DNA from: Myxococcota bacterium
GTDB lineage: Bacteria > Myxococcota > UBA727 > VGSZ01
NCBI GenBank assembly: GCA_044349155.1
Contig: JBIKRQ010000001.1
Span: 6,418-70,417, forward strand
Direction of reading: 5' to 3'
Length of the DNA: 64,000 nt
The notes under the pieces were generated by a model. That model saw nothing but the letters and a program-made list of their open reading frames with translations, searched no databases and was not told the DNA's origin. Position 1 is the first letter of the stretch, and each line of letters begins with the position of its first letter. The position numbers were made by a program, and so were the translations under genes. This document shows, piece by piece, positions 61,601-64,000 of the stretch.

Positions 61601-64000
61601 CATTGCTCGATGAAGGAGCCGCAGGCGGACTCCTCGAGCGGTCGTGTGCGGAACTTGGAGAAGACGCGTCGCTGCGCGAACAACTGGAATGTCTGAACGA
61701 TGAACGAACCTTGACGGCGGTGCCTGAAGGCGTGCCGCCGCTTGCTGCGCGTCTTGTGCATCTGTCGGCAGCAGCGTCGACGGACACGCTGTTTCACATC
61801 ACCGGTGGCACCACCCTGACACCACAGGTCTTTCATGCAGCCCGACGGCTCGAAAGCGGCTCACAGCTGCAGGTCACCGAAGGCGTTCACCTGGTGCATG
61901 TTGTTGGGCGACAGATGCAATTCGCCGACGCCGACAACGACGGCGAGTTGAGCGTCGCTGAATCCATCGTGGGTACGGCCTGTCGAGAAGTTGAAGGCGG
62001 GTTCGCGTGCAGCGCGCCAATTCAGCCGAGCGACGCAGTGCTCGTCACCGGTGCGCCAGACTTCCGCGACGACGCAACACTCCGGGGCTTCCCCAGGCAA
62101 GCGATTGCGGTGAAGGCCTTGTACGACGCGAACCTCCGTGACGAGGCCAAGGGCGCGCGAAAGGTGCAGGCCTACGATCGCGTTCGCGAACATCGTTTTC
62201 GCATCGCTTCGCTGATCGGCAACGACGTGCGCGCTGGCGCCAACGAGTCTTCAACGCGGAACCTGAGCGACGAGAAGGAGCCACAAGCGGACGACCAGGA
62301 TGCCTTCATCGGGCTTTCCCTGTTCTTGAACGACGTCGGACGAGGGGAGCGCGCCGGCGCGCGCTCCGACTTCGAGGTTCGTCTTGGCACTGACGCTTCG
62401 GGTGTTGAGTGCGATTGGCACATCGATCAGCAGTCGCAGGCCGTCACCGCCGATTGCGACAGCGAGTACCTGCCGGAGATCATCAGCGCGAACGACCTCG
62501 TCTACGTCGAGCTCTTTGAGCGCAGCAACAGCGCCAATGTGCTGTACCGCTTCAACTTTTACGGCGTCTCGACGCGCGTTGACCATGCGTCTGCCACGAC
62601 GACCCAAACGCTTGAACGTGCTGTCCCCGACGACCGGAGCCAGTTCGTGCGGTTGAACCGTGCGCCACACAGCAAGCTGAACAAAGCCATCTTTGCGATC
62701 AGCGAGCACCTGTTTACCGGCAACACGGCCGCGCTTGAGTTGCGCGCTGGCGACACCGTTGTCCGCCGCATCAACGTCACTCGCGCCAACGGCGAGGTTG
62801 CGATTGTCGGCGACCCGACCGACGGGTGGCAGGCACCCATCGTGCTTTTCAAGGAGCAAGTCGGTGCGACTCGCTACGCAGAAATGGACCTGCCAGCGTG
62901 GGTCACCTCGATGCTGGCGCGGGTGAACGCGCCGGCGTTGTCGCTCTCGGCGCGCTCGCCAACGGGAACAACAACGATCGCCATGGGTCGTGCGATGGGT
63001 CGCATCGAGAGTCGCGCAGCGCGGCCACCAGGTCACCGCGTCTTCAACGACCTCGACATGATCGACGGACGCTTGTCGTTCACCGATGTCGATATTGATG
63101 TGCCCGAGCGCGGCGCGCGCGTTCAGTTTGTGCGGACGTACAACAACCAGAACAACGAGGTGGGCAGCCTCGGCGTCGGGTTCACGCACAACCACGAAGC
63201 CTTCGTTGTCGAGGAGACACGGCTTGTCGAGGCCGCTGTCATTGGCCGCTACTCGGTTGTCGTCGGTGGGCAGCAGCTCACCTTCCCCGAATGTCAACAC
63301 AACACGCGCTGCGCCAGCGACAAGAGCATGGACGCGACGCTGACGGTGACCGACACCATCGTCGGTACCTTGAAGGCAACACTCGAGGACCACGGCTCTG
63401 GTCGGATTCTCACGTTCGAGCGGCCCGCAATGGCTGGCACAGACGAGCTGAAGGACAAGACCTGGTTGTCGTCGATCGACGACGGGCTCAACGGCAAGAT
63501 CCGCTACAGCTACAGCGGCCAGAACGAACTCGCATCGGTCGCGCGCGACAACGGCCTGGTCCGCATGGAGTTCACGTACGACACGCTCGACGTCTCTCCG
63601 CTGACACATTCGAAGCTCCGCGAGCAGATCGAACTGTTCGGCCTCAAACGCCTCGCGTCCGTCACGGTCAAGCATGGCGACACCGAGATTGAGAAGGTCG
63701 TTTTCTCGCACGACACGGGCGGCACCTCATGCGCGTCGTCGCTGTCGCGCGAACCGCAGGTGATGAAGCTGAACCTGCTGCTCGCTGCCTGTCGACCGCT
63801 ACGCGCCCCGATGCCGGAGTGGCACTTCGTGTACGAGCGCATTCCAGGCGATGTCACGCTGCCAACGAAGCAGCTCTTGCTGGCGAACGAGTTGAAGTCG
63901 CGCGAACTCCACGTCAATGGCGGTGCGCTTTACAGCAGCTGGAAGTACACCCACGCGACCGGCGACGAGTTCAAGGTTGTTCCCCACCTCACGCGCGGCG
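55654..64000 (+). CDS. second giant secreted protein, 3'-partial (>2,782 aa in window): TSP3-like Ca-binding repeats, Ig-like domains, (GE)n linker, CarboxypepD_reg-like domain, RHS/YD-repeat onset
   Basis: It is not in the ORF track because there is no stop before the window end. The frame was verified by hand at 55654, 57001, 58420, 59401, 60001, 61981, 63001 and 63961. GTG 55654 follows a TGA at 55624 in the same frame. Signal peptide MNRYVLLVVVALLAGSRVEAAA. There are seven repeats of C-x-P-x(4-6)-C-D-x-D-x-DGLTNA-x-E-x(3)-GTNP-x(3)-DTDGDG-x(2)-DG-x-E. Near the end are VQFVRTYNNQNNEVGSLGVGFTHNHE and IRYSYSGQNELASVARDNGLVRMEFTYD, which are the RHS/YD onset. Confidence 0.75.
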   Translation, partial: MNRYVLLVVVALLAGSRVEAAANPCVPNNTAPACDRDADGLTNAQEATFGTNPVVADTDGDGVKDGVEAWSDNDGDGKNNAIESKILDADGDTTADQFDAADANPCAPALSAPTCDRDNDGLTNARELTFGTSSTNPDTDGDGERDGIEAPLDTDGDGKNDARESSLLDADSDGVADETDPQNTNACVPSNRAGTCDADGDGLTNAREATYGTNPDNVDTDGDGQPDGWEAASDDDQDGKNNALESRTSDVDGDGTPDQWDAADADACFPDAISSPTCDVDLDGLTWLQEQTFGTNPTLADTDADAELDGLEAALDTDHDGINDALESSMVDADQDGLSAEAELDDGDACHPFDLAGTCDFDMDSLTNAEEAHFGTDPRNHDTDGDGGWDGDVGEAFSDDDTDGINGALESDDVDTDGDLYVDEYDHDNVDPCVPDAGSLACLTLRADTDNDGLTDAREVQLGTDPARADTDDDGLGDAYEVTTAASPPDHDGDGLIDARDPDDDNDGVLTSAERGPDPLSPRDSNGDGVLDHLDPCFPTACAEPLQPLACAGFGDVCEQCLTAELDAEITSAAGAEAGRTDAVQCLCRDARFVVPHTFGATAPVAAGSEASLQFDNGNTLTRCTYRAADDVFAFVSCLSTAPGAIAAGDEVPADAVGLRIVDAPTTTTVGLALVDALAPPPTLALSVQNPAGAVADGSIVQGPVTVALSTSGEDVSTFSLNGEPFAGGTISAEGTWLLKAKAGCGATVVDATHAFTIDNTAPTIEITGAVDGEIRRTAATITIAATDASAVVLEASIDAELAGTSTVVDTDGAHTVIATATDAAGNVTTRTLHFTLDQTAPTIDVIAPLGGNVSSATVDVNVIATDAFGIADVSVSGTSLLRSDNDHYRGTVTLVAGDNLLTFDAVDVAGHHTTAVRHVFFTAGGEGEGEGEGEGEGEGEGEGEGEGEGEGEGEGEGEGEGEGEGEGEGEGEGEGEGEGEGEGEGEGEGEGQLLVSLSSPAASSIVADATITVSGAISGGRAPYTATINGLPATVVGRGFQLTFAPPEGPLHLDVEVRSGTDTASATRDLTIDRTAPSVEVTSPIEGVVVQSNVLLVNATVGDLHLERVTVNGDDVVVVAGTVAQQVLLVPGLNTITVRAVDVAHNVTLVERHVVFSPVPPRVQIVAPAPDATLYTTPTRVRATVSSSSPIATVTMNGVAADNAGGVYEADVPLVAGSNTITFVATDSLGAQTTATTTVSYVDGSTQPLTVSLLSPDVDAADVEPDTLISLGFSKPVLSSSVASAVRLLVNGNAVDFSVSTSPDGLMASLIPQRPLSEKARVVVRVSGLESETPPSQQGGFEGTFTVRAPLTGVVGVVLDEDLRPVVGARVVIEGTSHTAVTGSDGHWGVLDLEANAYRLHISAPGEEQPLTAFRPQIVVEPEQVNTVGPHILQVIDRSSAVFVDATEPLNASFGGASVGFGVHQTEPLGIAFTDGSTRGQLTVTKVPTHSLPHAIDGRIGSPVLWSVQPQGTQFTKPSTLHFPNTSGLAAGHVVIVYALDDASARIVPRVLARVSADASHIVADKPITGVLDIVGYQPLTTEQEQQVLGTAPGTQGAWLDDVRNAVLPSAHAQFLNGLDFTMPSPPSPTPTALTGRVKYISRTAGQAGETGIGIPNVLVSDVNDDSRITGPTGGFGFVVNLTGQLTEIVTAEIALGTFPVAHVDAEGRRRIVMVQSRLYARSPVFDMLPGAVFNTSVLVDAQVLRGKVTFVDHEGKVLPPIVTGGETARDEQGELTAISSADASTTEVHFFKADDHTRAIAKYSIVAPVVGSTTTHGSYARLRFGPRDLAKAERVRAGIGDARVIREGDEVMVFAINHATGYAGMTTVKVPDYGNEAARITDIVEIVGDIKLFPPEIEVAVERQFTAQGVKSTLPPSKVRQGGLATRQDDWLKVATRWRVRLAPAVEDDLVDGGLRGPLDPRIDAGVLTTEVRTDAGEPTALLDEGAAGGLLERSCAELGEDASLREQLECLNDERTLTAVPEGVPPLAARLVHLSAAASTDTLFHITGGTTLTPQVFHAARRLESGSQLQVTEGVHLVHVVGRQMQFADADNDGELSVAESIVGTACREVEGGFACSAPIQPSDAVLVTGAPDFRDDATLRGFPRQAIAVKALYDANLRDEAKGARKVQAYDRVREHRFRIASLIGNDVRAGANESSTRNLSDEKEPQADDQDAFIGLSLFLNDVGRGERAGARSDFEVRLGTDASGVECDWHIDQQSQAVTADCDSEYLPEIISANDLVYVELFERSNSANVLYRFNFYGVSTRVDHASATTTQTLERAVPDDRSQFVRLNRAPHSKLNKAIFAISEHLFTGNTAALELRAGDTVVRRINVTRANGEVAIVGDPTDGWQAPIVLFKEQVGATRYAEMDLPAWVTSMLARVNAPALSLSARSPTGTTTIAMGRAMGRIESRAARPPGHRVFNDLDMIDGRLSFTDVDIDVPERGARVQFVRTYNNQNNEVGSLGVGFTHNHEAFVVEETRLVEAAVIGRYSVVVGGQQLTFPECQHNTRCASDKSMDATLTVTDTIVGTLKATLEDHGSGRILTFERPAMAGTDELKDKTWLSSIDDGLNGKIRYSYSGQNELASVARDNGLVRMEFTYDTLDVSPLTHSKLREQIELFGLKRLASVTVKHGDTEIEKVVFSHDTGGTSCASSLSREPQVMKLNLLLAACRPLRAPMPEWHFVYERIPGDVTLPTKQLLLANELKSRELHVNGGALYSSWKYTHATGDEFKVVPHLTRG
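58429..58629 (+). repeat. hexanucleotide (GGY GAR)n microsatellite encoding a perfect (Gly-Glu)~33 dipeptide run inside the second giant CDS
   Basis: ggtgaaggtgaaggcgagggcgag... read directly. The antisense frame reads (PS)n and the +1 frame reads (KVKA)n, which explains shadow ORFs 58407..58691- and 58427..58648+. Confidence 0.9.

Overview
This is a very high-GC (~70%) window, most likely from a Myxococcota-type (deltaproteobacterial) chromosome. The guess rests on the MJ0042-type zinc ribbon, thrombospondin-type-3 repeats, lipoproteins with prepilin-like minor pilins, and giant multidomain surface proteins.

From 1 to 23 kb the window reads as ordinary core genome. Several secreted or lipoprotein genes of unknown function come first. 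They are followed by a membrane zinc-ribbon/TPR protein, a dapA-dapB operon, and a minus-strand type IV minor-pilin cluster (FimT/GspH-like, PilV, PilW, and a 1,101-aa protein with a PilX-type N-terminus). Next on the minus strand are tyrS, a 5-formyltetrahydrofolate cyclo-ligase gene, a PduO-type corrinoid adenosyltransferase gene and a lipoprotein alpha/beta-hydrolase gene.

The remaining 41 kb is dominated by an unusual plus-strand locus that starts at tRNA-Val(CAC) (23167..23241):
- A parvulin-type PPIase lipoprotein (23372..24157) whose stop overlaps the start of the next gene.
- A single 29.6-kb ORF (24150..53726) encoding a ~9,858-aa secreted protein. It contains Big_2, dozens of Ig-like domains, six to seven tandem super-modules of [IPT/TIG x2 + LVIVD beta-propeller + SbsA-like Ig], Cys-framed DxDxDG / pre-peptidase-C-terminal-like modules, thrombospondin-type-3 repeats, and a distinctive 4x ~22-aa C-terminal repeat.
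- A lower-GC glycine-rich beta-helix-like secreted protein (53739..54935).
- A second parvulin-type lipoprotein (54926..55657), again overlapping the next gene's start.
- A second giant ORF (55654..>64000) that is absent from the supplied ORF track because it has no stop inside the window. It has seven Cys-containing thrombospondin-type-3 Ca-binding repeats, Ig-like domains, a perfect (Gly-Glu)~33 dipeptide repeat, a carboxypeptidase-regulatory-like domain, and the onset of RHS/YD repeats.

The supplied ORF track also omits the edge-truncated minus-strand gene at 1..421. Most long antisense ORFs in the track are high-GC shadow frames and are rejected.
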